A stretch of 64,000 bases of DNA from Minisyncoccota bacterium (GCA_041651395.1 JBAZJI010000001.1:507920-571919); one strand, 5' to 3'; numbered from the stretch's first letter, positions 25,867 to 35,651 are shown. Program-made: numbers and translations. Notes: generated by a model not told the origin, from the letters alone.

Positions 25867-27300
25867 ATGACTGAAGAACGCATTAAGAAAGAATTTAAGG
25901 AAAGGAACTTTAAGGACAAAATCCCGCCCCAAAATATCGAGGCGGAAAAATCTGTCTTGGGTTGCCTAATGATAGACAAGAACGCCATCGTGAAAGTGGC
26001 CGATTTTCTTATTCCCGAAGATTTTTATAAAAATTCCCATTTGCATATTTATACGGCCATGCTGGAGCTTTTCCGCCGGGGTGAGCCGATAGATATTTTA
26101 TCCCTTTCGGGATTCCTAAAAGAAAAAGGCTGGTTTGAGGAAATTGGCGGGCACAACTATTTAACTGAGCTCATTAACTGCGTTCCCAATGCCCTGCATG
26201 TTTTGACCTATGCCAAAATAGTCCAAAAGAAGCGGATTTTGCGCGATTTAATTGACGCCGCTTACGATATTAATGACATGGGTTATAACGAAGACGAAGA
26301 CCCTGAAGTCTTACTCGATAACGCCGAACGGGCGATATTTAATATTGCCCAAAAGAGCATTACCAAAAAATTCGTCCCTATCAAGGAAGCTCTTTCTGAT
26401 GCTTTTGAACGTTTTGATAAAATGTCACGCCATCAGGGGGCGATGCGTGGCGTGCCTACGGGCTTTCGCGAAATTGATAATTTGCTTTCCGGCTTACAAA
26501 AATCCGATCTAGTGATTTTAGCTGCCCGGCCTTCTTTGGGAAAATCATCCTTAGCCCTTGATATTGCCCGCCATGCGGCCGTCAAAGAAAATGTGCCGGT
26601 CGGTATCTTTTCTTTGGAAATGAGCACTGACCAAGTAGTTGATAGGATGCTAGCTGCCCAAGCCAATGTTGACTTATGGCGCTTGCGCAACGGCAAGCTT
26701 TCAGGTGAAGATTTTCAACGTTTGCAAATTGGCTTTGGCGAGCTTTCCGAAGCCCCGATTTATATCAATGACACGGCAGCCATGGGCGTTTTGCAGATAA
26801 AAGCCATGGCGCGAAGATTGCAGGCCGACCGTAAATTGGGCTTGATTGTTATCGACTACTTACAGCTAATGCAACCATCCTCTTCGGTTATTAGTGTCGT
26901 GCAGCAGGTTTCAGAAATTTCCCGCTCGCTTAAAATTTTGGCGCGCGAACTTGATGTGCCTATTTTAGCCCTCTCTCAGCTTTCTCGCGCCGTCGAGCAA
27001 AGGATGCCCCCGATTCCTCGCCTTTCGGATTTGCGCGAATCAGGCTCCTTGGAGCAAGACGCCGACATCGTCGCCTTTATTTATAGAGAAGATAAATATC
27101 GCCAAAATTCAGATAAAAAAAATATCGGTACTATTATTGTCGCTAAACACCGCAATGGCCCAACCGGCGTTATTGATCTATATTTTGATGCGGAAAAGGC
27201 CAGCTATCGCAATTTAGTGAAAGAAGGAATGGGTATGGCTCCGAGCTTCCCGACTGAAGAAATCGCCCAACCCACGCCAGAACCGGAAATGAATTTTTAA
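25867..27300 (+). CDS. dnaB: Replicative DNA helicase
   Basis: PPQNIEAEKSVLGCLMID, Walker A ARPSLGKSS, and IVIDYLQLM. Confidence 0.95.
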   Translation: MTEERIKKEFKERNFKDKIPPQNIEAEKSVLGCLMIDKNAIVKVADFLIPEDFYKNSHLHIYTAMLELFRRGEPIDILSLSGFLKEKGWFEEIGGHNYLTELINCVPNALHVLTYAKIVQKKRILRDLIDAAYDINDMGYNEDEDPEVLLDNAERAIFNIAQKSITKKFVPIKEALSDAFERFDKMSRHQGAMRGVPTGFREIDNLLSGLQKSDLVILAARPSLGKSSLALDIARHAAVKENVPVGIFSLEMSTDQVVDRMLAAQANVDLWRLRNGKLSGEDFQRLQIGFGELSEAPIYINDTAAMGVLQIKAMARRLQADRKLGLIVIDYLQLMQPSSSVISVVQQVSEISRSLKILARELDVPILALSQLSRAVEQRMPPIPRLSDLRESGSLEQDADIVAFIYREDKYRQNSDKKNIGTIIVAKHRNGPTGVIDLYFDAEKASYRNLVKEGMGMAPSFPTEEIAQPTPEPEMNF

Positions 27301-27328
27301 TTGCTTCAATAATTCTGCATAATCAAAA

Positions 27329-27352
27329 ATCCTCCGCCAGCTGGCGGAGGAT
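27329..27352. terminator. Bidirectional intrinsic terminator (dnaB / rplU)
   Basis: atcctccgcc-agct-ggcggaggat is flanked by an A-run and a T-run. Confidence 0.75.
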
Positions 27353-27363
27353 TTTTCTAATAA

Positions 27364-27672
27364 TTATTTAATGGAAAGAATTTCAACCTCGGCAAATTCC
27401 TGCCTGTGGTTCTTAGTCACGCTATAGCGGGATTTGCTCTTGTATTTCAAGACATGGATCTTGTCGCCCTTGCCGAATTTGGTGATTTTAGCCTGCACTA
27501 AGGCACCCTCAACTAAAGGGGTACCGATTTTAACATCCCCATTGTTTTCAACGAGTAAAACCTCTTTGAAATCAACAGTATCGCCTTCTTTGCCCACAAT
27601 CTTCTCAATTTTGAGCTTCTGGCCGGGTACAGCCATATATTGTTTTCCTCCGGTTTTTATTACTGCAAACAT
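27364..27672 (-). CDS. rplU: Ribosomal protein bL21
   Basis: MFAVIKTGGKQYMAVPGQKLKIEKI. Confidence 0.95.
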   Translation of the reverse strand: MFAVIKTGGKQYMAVPGQKLKIEKIVGKEGDTVDFKEVLLVENNGDVKIGTPLVEGALVQAKITKFGKGDKIHVLKYKSKSRYSVTKNHRQEFAEVEILSIK

Positions 27673-27689
27673 GGTATTTTTTGGTTGGT

Positions 27690-28676
27690 TTAGTCCAATA
27701 GATTATTATCTTTTTTTCCGGAAATGTCAAGCACCTTATTGACTCTCTCGGAAAGCAGGCCCACCCTTTTTTGGCTATCCTCAAAGGACGATTGGGCGTT
27801 CTTCAAATGCCCTCCCAGCTTATCAAAGGTGCTTTGCAGGGTCACAGCATCTGCACTAATGCGCTCCAATTTCTTCAAAATGTCCTGAGTTTGCCTAGTT
27901 ATCTGGGTATCCTTTACCCAATGCATAATGGTTTTTAAGCTTAGGTAAATAGTGTTCGGGCTGCAAATAACTACTTTTTTCTTCCAGGCGTATTCCAAAA
28001 TACTTTCATCGGCCTGGTTAAACATTAGTTCGTAATAAATAGCTTCGGCCGGGATATACATTAGAGCAAAATCGACCGTGCCTTCGCTTGGCAAAATATA
28101 CTTAGCGGCAATTTCATCAACCCGAAGCTTCGTATCGGCGACAAACCCCTTGCGATAAGAGGCCTTTTGCGATTCGTCTTGAGTAAAGGCCAATTTTTCA
28201 AAATTATCAAAAGAAAACTTGGAATCAATGGGCAGCAGTTTTCCGTCGGGCAATTTCAGAACTGCGTCTACCGCTTCTTTGGAGGAAAAATAATGCTGTT
28301 CCTCGATAAGCTCCTCGGGAAAATACTGTTTCAAAATATAAGCCAAAGATGCTTCGCCCCACTGTCCCCGAAGCTTAGGCTGCCTAAAAATTTCCTGAAA
28401 ACTGGAAATATCTTCCACTTTCTCCTGTACGGCCAAAAAAGCCTGCTTAAGCTCAGTCGTTTCCTTAGTAAATGACATAATCCGGTCATTGACTAACCGG
28501 CCGGTGTTATCGTTTTGCTCCCGGGATTTTTCCATTTCCCGCGAGACCAAGTCACTTATCCGTCTTTCCAAATCCAAAAGACCTTGCTGATCGGCAGACC
28601 GTTTTTTGAAGAACAAAAGATAAAAAACCGCAGCTAAAAGTATAATTGTTATAATCTGCCAAAAATCCATTTTCAA
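27690..28676 (-). CDS. rmuC: DNA recombination protein RmuC
   Basis: An N-terminal TM segment and coiled coil, RGQWGEASL, and DAVLKLPDGKLLPIDSKF. Confidence 0.85.
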   Translation of the reverse strand: MKMDFWQIITIILLAAVFYLLFFKKRSADQQGLLDLERRISDLVSREMEKSREQNDNTGRLVNDRIMSFTKETTELKQAFLAVQEKVEDISSFQEIFRQPKLRGQWGEASLAYILKQYFPEELIEEQHYFSSKEAVDAVLKLPDGKLLPIDSKFSFDNFEKLAFTQDESQKASYRKGFVADTKLRVDEIAAKYILPSEGTVDFALMYIPAEAIYYELMFNQADESILEYAWKKKVVICSPNTIYLSLKTIMHWVKDTQITRQTQDILKKLERISADAVTLQSTFDKLGGHLKNAQSSFEDSQKRVGLLSERVNKVLDISGKKDNNLLD

Positions 28677-28894
28677 ATTTGGTAATTTTCAATTTCTTTA
28701 GCTAATTGGACGCCCTCAATAGTCAAAAGTGCCGCCTGCGACAAGCTATTTATCAACGACAATCTCTCCTTAATGTTCATAATTTCTACTTTTTGGGAAA
28801 GCTCCTCGATTTCCGCCTCAGTAAAATCAAGCATTCTCACTAAAGAAACTATCGTTTCGTTGCGTAATAAATAATTGGCTTGTATTTCGTCCAT
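28673..28894 (-). CDS. Hypothetical protein (73 aa)
   Basis: ORF track entry. Its stop overlaps the rmuC start by 4 nt, which suggests translational coupling. Confidence 0.45.
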   Translation of the reverse strand: MDEIQANYLLRNETIVSLVRMLDFTEAEIEELSQKVEIMNIKERLSLINSLSQAALLTIEGVQLAKEIENYQI

Positions 28895-28895
28895 A

Positions 28896-30275
28896 TTATT
28901 CTGGATTAATTGCTTTTATAAGCCTGTCCACTCCCGCACTTATTTTATTATTGAGCGATGTTGGATAGCCCTTAGTTCCAATCTCCCAAGCCATGGGGAT
29001 AATATCTTTGAAAGCCCACAACAACCAAAGGCCGCTCAAGGCAAATAAGATCATCAAGGCCCATTCAGGAGCGGCTTCGCCGAATTTCTCTAAAGCCGAA
29101 GCGTCGGGTTTGCCCTCGGGCAAGCCTGCAGCTTTGGCTTCGGCCGGCGTGAGACTCTTGGCAACTTCGGCGGGCAAATTCGCCAAATTAATTCCCGGGC
29201 CGCCAAACTGCTTCTTGAGCTCCTCGGCCTCCTGAGGGGTTTTGGCGCTCGGCTCAATAGCCATTATTTCGTTTTTCCGCTTTTCGGCAGAGCGGGCATA
29301 TAAACTCCTTAGGTTCTCATTATCGGCGGCAAAGCGGTTAAATTCTTCGTCGCTAATCCGGTAAATTTCCTTTTGTGATTCGGCCGGGTCATTAATATTT
29401 TTTGTCCGCTCGGCAAATTTTTCATCCAAAGTGTTCTGCCCATTTATACTTTCATAAAGCTTTTTCCGAAGTTCAAAAGTCTTGCTCCATTCTTGGGACT
29501 TGCCTTCTAATAAATCTTTGTTGCCGGTCAAATCCAAGGCTTCGACTTCGTCCCCCAAATCATTGGATTTCTTATTTAGTTCCTTAAGTGCAAAAAACTT
29601 CGCGGCAATGCTGGGATCTTCTTTTGAGATGTTATTGGCAAGCGCTTCCAAAGTCTTAACGCTTTTTCTAATCTGGTCGTAATCAACATTCATCCAATTA
29701 GGCATATCAGCCCGGCCCTCGCCGGTGCCCGCCGGCTTTTCATTAAAAGCTCCTAGCTTCTTAGCCCAATGATAAAATACTTCTGGATTTTGCTCCTGCG
29801 ATAAATCAATGCTTATTTTCCCCTGGTTTTCCTCGCACCACTGCCGCGCAAATCGGCAATCCGCTTCATGGGCCGCCCCTTTAAGCTCCGTGGCTATGCT
29901 CGCCTTCTCCTCCTTTGATAATTTCGGTTTATCTTTATTAGCCCGGTCAAGCTCGGGTGACTGCATGACATGTTCCCCTTTAGCCCGCGCTTCGGCTGAG
30001 CCATAAAGATTTTCTAAATGAGTTTTAAGGCTAGCTACCCGCTCGGCTTTTTCAGCCTTCGTTTCTTTACGCGGCATGCCCGCAGTATTGGGTGTGGGCA
30101 CGGCATCAACACTATTATCGATTTTATTCGAGTTATCAGATTCTTCCTCTTGGTCTTCTTCCTCCTCTTCTTCCCCGTTATCAATAAGATTCTCATCTTC
30201 CGGGTCAAGACCATCGGTAAAAATATCTTTTTCTTTGTTTCTTGCCATATTGTTAGAAATTCCATCTTTGGGCAA
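28896..30275 (-). CDS. Hypothetical acidic/coiled-coil protein with C-terminal TM segments (459 aa)
   Basis: ORF track entry. It has a poly-Glu tract (EEEEEEDQEEE), a long charged region, and the C-terminal hydrophobic stretch WALMILFALSGLWLLWAF. Confidence 0.5.
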   Translation of the reverse strand: MPKDGISNNMARNKEKDIFTDGLDPEDENLIDNGEEEEEEDQEEESDNSNKIDNSVDAVPTPNTAGMPRKETKAEKAERVASLKTHLENLYGSAEARAKGEHVMQSPELDRANKDKPKLSKEEKASIATELKGAAHEADCRFARQWCEENQGKISIDLSQEQNPEVFYHWAKKLGAFNEKPAGTGEGRADMPNWMNVDYDQIRKSVKTLEALANNISKEDPSIAAKFFALKELNKKSNDLGDEVEALDLTGNKDLLEGKSQEWSKTFELRKKLYESINGQNTLDEKFAERTKNINDPAESQKEIYRISDEEFNRFAADNENLRSLYARSAEKRKNEIMAIEPSAKTPQEAEELKKQFGGPGINLANLPAEVAKSLTPAEAKAAGLPEGKPDASALEKFGEAAPEWALMILFALSGLWLLWAFKDIIPMAWEIGTKGYPTSLNNKISAGVDRLIKAINPE

Positions 30276-32760
30276 TATCAGCCTCCACTATTTCTTTGGC
30301 CAGCCCGTATTTAAGCTTAGAGATTTTCCTAATAGGTTCAACTATTGCCAAATTCCCCTTTTGTGGTTTTTTAGTAATCACCTTAAAAGAAGAAGTGATA
30401 TTATTATGCAGCATCATTCGGATAATAAAATTGAAGTTATCCAAATTCACTAAATCTTGGCGGGTAAAACCGGGCTCAAATTGCTTTTCCAAAAATTCGG
30501 CGTCCTGCACCCCAACCCGAAAAGAGGCGATCGTGCCGGCATTGCCCATCACAGCATTTTTTATCGGCTCCTGCAGCTGGGGCATGTATTGGTGCGCCAA
30601 AATCAAATTGAGCCGATATTTGCGCGCTTCCGAAAGTATGGTGGCAATATTATCAGTCGTAAAATTATGGAACTCATCAATGTAGAGATAAAAATCCTTG
30701 CGCGCCTCCATAGGCAAGTTGCCCCGTTGCATGGCGGCTACCTGCATCTTGGAAACCAGAATCAAACCCAAGAGCGAGCTATTCATCTCCCCGGTTTTAC
30801 CCTTGGAAAGATTAGCCAAAAATATTTTTTTGTTATCCATTATCTCGCGCAAATCAAAGCCCGAGCGCTGCTGGCCGATAATATTGCGCATCATCTCGTT
30901 TTCAACAAAGCGGCCAACTTTAGAAACCACATAACCCAACATATCGCTCTTAGTCTGCCCAACAGTCTGCTTCCATTCGCGCAGCCAGAAAGAGCGCACT
31001 AAAGGGTCGGTGACCATAGCCAAGCGGCTTTCCATATAATCCTCATCAGTAAAAATCCGAGGAATCTCCACTAAAGTGCCCAAATTATCCTTGTCGGCTA
31101 TTAAGGCCAGCATGGCATTACGCATATAATGCTCAAACATTGGCCCAATAATTTCTGGCGGGAAAAGCTTGGTAAATATCATTATCATTTCGGAAACGAC
31201 AAAATCCTTTTGCTCCGGCGTTTCCCATTCCAACATATTAAGCCCCACGGGGCGCTCCATATCGGAAGGCTCGAAGAGTACCACATCATCAACCCGCTCC
31301 CGCGGAATAATAGATAAAACATCTTCTACCAAATCGCCATGCGGATCGATAACGCCCACGCCCTTGCCAGCCATTATATCTTGGCGGATCATCTCATACA
31401 AAAGCGATGATTTACCAGTACCAGTTTGCCCAACAATATAAAAATGCCGTCGCCTATCATCTTCACTGGCAAAAAATACTTCTTTCTTTTCTCCGCGAAA
31501 AAGAGTTTGCCCAACAGAAACATCGCCGGTTTCCGGCAAAGTGGCGGGCGGCTCCACTTCCCGCGTCTTGGCCCACTTAATACTGGGGCTCAAAATAGTT
31601 GAGGCTGGGAAATGCAAAATACTTGCCAATTCCTCGGTATTAAGTACCATAGCTTGCGATTTCCGAAAATTCCTAAAGCTATAATCAAAAACGATTTTGT
31701 CTTCCGCTCCCCCGGACACATCCTTAAACTTAAATGCGTTAAAAGTAGAGGCAAATTGGGAAAAAGCGGCTTTCAGATCCTGTAAAATAAAATTTGAGCG
31801 GCTAATATCATCGGAAGCGGCCAAAAGCCGAATATTGGCATAAAGCGAAGGCTTCTGTAACTTCTTTTTTACCGCCTCCACCAGCATTTGGTCTGGCTCG
31901 CGCATCATTTGCTGCTGTTGCATGGCATAGGGGTTGTGCTGCCCAGGCTGCTGCGAATATGGCTGCTGCGGATTTTGCGGATAGGACTGCCCCGAATAAG
32001 GCCCGGACGGATAAAAAATTGGATCGCCACGCAAGCTCTTCAAAAATGATCCGGAAGCCGACTGGTCCGCAGACACATTAATCGCCCCAGCAAAACCGCG
32101 CATCAACTGGGCTACATACTGCGCCCCTTTGGTGCGAATGTCAAAATCCAAAGGTTGAATGACAATTTGGATAGCCGCTCCCTCATCATCGCGAATCTTG
32201 CTTAGCGAATTGGTAATAATAGAAATCGGATCGGATTGAAGCGTGGTATAGGTGGAAAGCGGCTGATAATAATTTTTCTCCTGCTGCACATAGGCGGCCG
32301 CCACGCGGCAACCAGGCTCAAAAACCGTATAGTCTTGGCCGACTCTTTCGACGACGGCCCCGGGATACACGCCTTGAATAACTTTTTCAACCGCGAACTC
32401 GTAAGATTTAGGAATAGCGATATAAAAAAGAATGTCGCTACCCCCAACTTCGGAAGCAATCTCTAAAGAAATTCGGGGCACATTACCCGCTAAGCTCTTG
32501 CCAAAATCATTCTCCTTAAGATAAAGAAAATTGGAGTAGACTTGCTCCATGGACCCAATTATCTGGCGGAAATCCTGTGGCCGTTCATCTTTTTTCTCAA
32601 AGCGCGGCATCTTAACCGAAAAAACTACGGTTTCCAAACTGGAAAACATTTTTGCCTCATTAAGCTTACGCAATAAAATCGCAACCATTAATAAAACGAA
32701 TATGCTGCTAAAAAACAGCAATACCAGCTGCCCGATTTGGATCAGGATCTCGGTATCCAT
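30253..32760 (-). CDS. Membrane-anchored TraD/TraG/VirD4-like (T4CP / HerA-FtsK-type) P-loop ATPase (835 aa)
   Basis: An N-terminal TM segment, a Q/P-rich linker, Walker A GQTGTGKSS, Walker B LYIDEFHNF, and the block RKYRLNLILAHQY...GNAGTIASFRV. Confidence 0.75.
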   Translation of the reverse strand: MDTEILIQIGQLVLLFFSSIFVLLMVAILLRKLNEAKMFSSLETVVFSVKMPRFEKKDERPQDFRQIIGSMEQVYSNFLYLKENDFGKSLAGNVPRISLEIASEVGGSDILFYIAIPKSYEFAVEKVIQGVYPGAVVERVGQDYTVFEPGCRVAAAYVQQEKNYYQPLSTYTTLQSDPISIITNSLSKIRDDEGAAIQIVIQPLDFDIRTKGAQYVAQLMRGFAGAINVSADQSASGSFLKSLRGDPIFYPSGPYSGQSYPQNPQQPYSQQPGQHNPYAMQQQQMMREPDQMLVEAVKKKLQKPSLYANIRLLAASDDISRSNFILQDLKAAFSQFASTFNAFKFKDVSGGAEDKIVFDYSFRNFRKSQAMVLNTEELASILHFPASTILSPSIKWAKTREVEPPATLPETGDVSVGQTLFRGEKKEVFFASEDDRRRHFYIVGQTGTGKSSLLYEMIRQDIMAGKGVGVIDPHGDLVEDVLSIIPRERVDDVVLFEPSDMERPVGLNMLEWETPEQKDFVVSEMIMIFTKLFPPEIIGPMFEHYMRNAMLALIADKDNLGTLVEIPRIFTDEDYMESRLAMVTDPLVRSFWLREWKQTVGQTKSDMLGYVVSKVGRFVENEMMRNIIGQQRSGFDLREIMDNKKIFLANLSKGKTGEMNSSLLGLILVSKMQVAAMQRGNLPMEARKDFYLYIDEFHNFTTDNIATILSEARKYRLNLILAHQYMPQLQEPIKNAVMGNAGTIASFRVGVQDAEFLEKQFEPGFTRQDLVNLDNFNFIIRMMLHNNITSSFKVITKKPQKGNLAIVEPIRKISKLKYGLAKEIVEADIAQRWNF

Positions 32761-32764
32761 TTTA

Positions 32765-33148
32765 TTATTTCTTTTTGAATTTCAAATATAGCTGGTCTTT
32801 GGCTAAAATATCATGGAATAAATCGATAAGATAAGGATCTTTGGTTTTTTTAGCCAGTTCGACGGCCGCATACAAATTCTGGGTGGTGGCTACAGTTAAA
32901 AGCTTTTTTATTTTCCCCTGCGCCTCCTCTTTTTTAAGTATCTTTACATCATTAGGCTGAACTGGGGCTTGGGGCGTGCTTTGGCTGTATTTAAGAACAT
33001 CCTGCTCCAGCTTACGCCTGATTTCCTGCTCCTGGAGCGTAAGCTCGTGCTTTTCTAAAATGCCCTCTGGGGAAAACCATTGCTCCAGAGTTTTCTCAAC
33101 AATGGGGGCTTCCTTTTCAACTGAACTTTTTTCCGGGTTGCGTGGCAT
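32765..33148 (-). CDS. Hypothetical protein (127 aa)
   Basis: ORF track entry, 4 nt upstream of the ATPase gene. Confidence 0.45.
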   Translation of the reverse strand: MPRNPEKSSVEKEAPIVEKTLEQWFSPEGILEKHELTLQEQEIRRKLEQDVLKYSQSTPQAPVQPNDVKILKKEEAQGKIKKLLTVATTQNLYAAVELAKKTKDPYLIDLFHDILAKDQLYLKFKKK

Positions 33149-33165
33149 ATTTTTATTAAATTATA

Positions 33166-34146
33166 TCATCTAGGAACACTTTGGAAATAGCTTTGTAATA
33201 AAATCTCGGTTGCCGTAAATAAAACATAGAACAAAACTAGGCCAAAGCCTTCATTCTTGGTTATTTTGCGATCCGATCTTACCGAAAGCAGAAAAGCGAT
33301 ACAAACAATAATCAAAAATATTCGAGGCACGATCATAATGGTCGGGATACGGAAACTAATCGGATGAATCATGGCCACTAAGCCCAAAAGAGCGGAAGCA
33401 CAAAATACCACCCCGCCCATCAAATCACCCAAAACCATCCAGCCCTGCCCCTTGCGGGAAGCTTGAACTGAAAAAAATGCCTCAGGCATACAATTGCCTA
33501 AAGCGACAATAAAAACACCGATGATACCGATCTCCAGCCCAAAAACCTTGGAAAACTGCGTTGCCGACTCCACCATCAAATAACCACCGACGATTAAAAT
33601 CAGTAAAGATAAAATAGCCTTAAAAACGCTCCAAACAAATTCCGAAGACTTGGGTTTTTTCTCGCCCTTCTCATACTGGCGGGTCACCCGGGATTTGCCA
33701 GAAAATAACCAACCAGCATAAGCAAAATATCCTAAAAACATAATTAAACCGTCAATGCGCGAGATTTGCCCGTCAAAAGCCATTAAAATCGGCATTATGG
33801 CGAAAAACATAGTGGCAATAGAACTAGCTTGAACGGTTCGGCTATCAGCATCTAGCCCGTCTTTAGAAATGAGAACGGCTAAACCCAAAACAATCGAAAG
33901 GTCAAAAATATTTCCGCCCACAACATCGCCAAAAGACAATTCCGGCATGCCGCGCACAGCCGAAATTATTCCCACAACCAGATTGGGCACCGAGGCGCCA
34001 AAAGCCATCAAAAAAAAGGCAATAATAAATTCCCGCACCCGCAAAAAAAGCGCCACCCTTTCCAATGATTCAACCAATATGCGGCTAGAAATTGCCAACA
34101 TAATGACAGCTGCAAAAAACATCAAGATATAATAAATAAAGGCCAT
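33166..34146 (-). CDS. Sodium/calcium exchanger family (CaCA, YrbG-like) antiporter
   Basis: GASVPNLVVGIISA...GDVVGGNIFDL alpha-repeat and a second repeat GNCMPEAF...GDLMGG. Confidence 0.85.
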   Translation of the reverse strand: MAFIYYILMFFAAVIMLAISSRILVESLERVALFLRVREFIIAFFLMAFGASVPNLVVGIISAVRGMPELSFGDVVGGNIFDLSIVLGLAVLISKDGLDADSRTVQASSIATMFFAIMPILMAFDGQISRIDGLIMFLGYFAYAGWLFSGKSRVTRQYEKGEKKPKSSEFVWSVFKAILSLLILIVGGYLMVESATQFSKVFGLEIGIIGVFIVALGNCMPEAFFSVQASRKGQGWMVLGDLMGGVVFCASALLGLVAMIHPISFRIPTIMIVPRIFLIIVCIAFLLSVRSDRKITKNEGFGLVLFYVLFTATEILLQSYFQSVPR

Positions 34147-34150
34147 TTGA

Positions 34151-35299
34151 TTAAATAAATTTGAAAAATATTAAAATTTGTGAAATCATGCCCAAGATAA
34201 AAATTATTGCCAAGGGCCAGATGTTAAAACGATTTGGAAATAATTTCTTATACATAAACAGAATCAAAATACCCTCTAATCCCATCACTACTCCTCCGAT
34301 AAATGAAGTCACTGTCAAAAAACTTCTAAACCCCATGCAATACATTAAAATCGGCACAAGACAAACCAAGATCCAAGATAAAAACTTATTAAGCTTCAAA
34401 TCGTAATGCAAAACCTTTTTAAGGGTCAACCCCATGACCACAAAGGCATTAAAGGTGCAAATTATGCCTAAAGCAAGAGCTAAAGAGTAAACCTTGGGCC
34501 CAATTATCGCGCCCAGCCCAGCAATGGCCGATTCGGAAACATTAGGCCCGACCACTCCCAAGATAAGAACTGTAAAAAAAATATAAACCAAGAAAGGAAT
34601 CAAGACAGCCAAGGGAACGATTTTACGTAAATCTTTTTTATCCTCACGCAAAAATTCCTCAGCTTCCGGTATTAAGCCAAGGCCCCAGAGGGCAAAAACT
34701 ATCGCCCCATAAGGCAAGAGCAAATCCGACATTGTGCCGATTCTTATTGCTAAATTTGCCGGATTAAAATGGGGCATAACCGCAATGGAGATAATCGCCA
34801 AAATAGCCAGAAACAGCAAAACCGTTACTAAAGAAATTTTACTGACAATTTCTACACCGATAAAAATCAAAATGGCTCCAATTGCAAAATAGGCTAAAGA
34901 ATATTGGGTTTGAGTAAAGGGCAAAAAGGGCTTTAGGAGCTCGTTTAGAAATTCTCCGCCCACCAGCATATAGGCCAATAAACCAAAAAAGGAAGTTCCG
35001 AGGGTGGTAATATAGGAAAATATTTCTCCGGGCTTGCCTAAATAATGCCTAGCAAAACCGGGAAGGCGCATATAGTCGGGAGTGCGGATAGCCACTTCGG
35101 TAAATATCATGTGTTCAATGACGGCAAAAATTCCCAAAAAGATAAAAAAGCCAATCATGATCGGTAGACCAACCCGCGCCGCGATATAGGGCAAGGAAAA
35201 AAAACCTACACCGATAATAGATCCGGCAATAATGCCAAAAGCATAGACGTCTTTCTGCCACCTCTGCATATGTTTAATTATAACTGATTTTCCGGCCAT
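34151..35299 (-). CDS. Amino acid permease (aromatic amino acid/Trp-Tyr permease-like)
   Basis: Polytopic membrane protein with IIAGSIIGVGFFSLPYIAARVG. I set the start at the ATG at 35299, because the track start lies inside a terminator hairpin. Confidence 0.6.
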   Translation of the reverse strand: MAGKSVIIKHMQRWQKDVYAFGIIAGSIIGVGFFSLPYIAARVGLPIMIGFFIFLGIFAVIEHMIFTEVAIRTPDYMRLPGFARHYLGKPGEIFSYITTLGTSFFGLLAYMLVGGEFLNELLKPFLPFTQTQYSLAYFAIGAILIFIGVEIVSKISLVTVLLFLAILAIISIAVMPHFNPANLAIRIGTMSDLLLPYGAIVFALWGLGLIPEAEEFLREDKKDLRKIVPLAVLIPFLVYIFFTVLILGVVGPNVSESAIAGLGAIIGPKVYSLALALGIICTFNAFVVMGLTLKKVLHYDLKLNKFLSWILVCLVPILMYCMGFRSFLTVTSFIGGVVMGLEGILILFMYKKLFPNRFNIWPLAIIFILGMISQILIFFKFI

Positions 35300-35310
35300 C
35301 AGCTGTGCAA

Positions 35311-35339
35311 AAATATAAAAAACCATCTTTTAGATGGTT
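35311..35339 (-). terminator. Intrinsic terminator closing the tRNA-Glu transcription unit
   Basis: On the minus strand, AAACCATC-loop-GATGGTTT is followed by TTTTATATTTTT. Confidence 0.6.
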
Positions 35340-35578
35340 TGCTTTATTAATCAGTATAAAATGGCGCGAATTATGGCCAAAATTTCATCCAAGGATTTTC
35401 CGGGCAATAGTTGCATGATTCTTTGGGCTCTGAGCAAAAAGCTTAGGTGAATAAACTCACTCCATGTAGATTCTCTGAGGATTTCGCACTGCCATCGGTC
35501 TTCGAGTCTGCAGCCGCAGTTTATGTTATGTAACTCTACAGCTAACATTATTAAGTGTCGTTTTTGTCTACTTTAGGG

Positions 35579-35651
35579 CGCCGCTAACCGGAGTCGAACC
35601 GGTGTTACGCCCGTGAGAGGGGCGTGTCCTAGGCCACTAGACGATAGCGGC
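35579..35651 (-). tRNA. tRNA-Glu (anticodon CUC)
   Basis: Acceptor GCCGCTA/TAGCGGC, anticodon loop CTCTCAC and T-arm ACCGG-TTCGACT-CCGGT. Confidence 0.85.
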
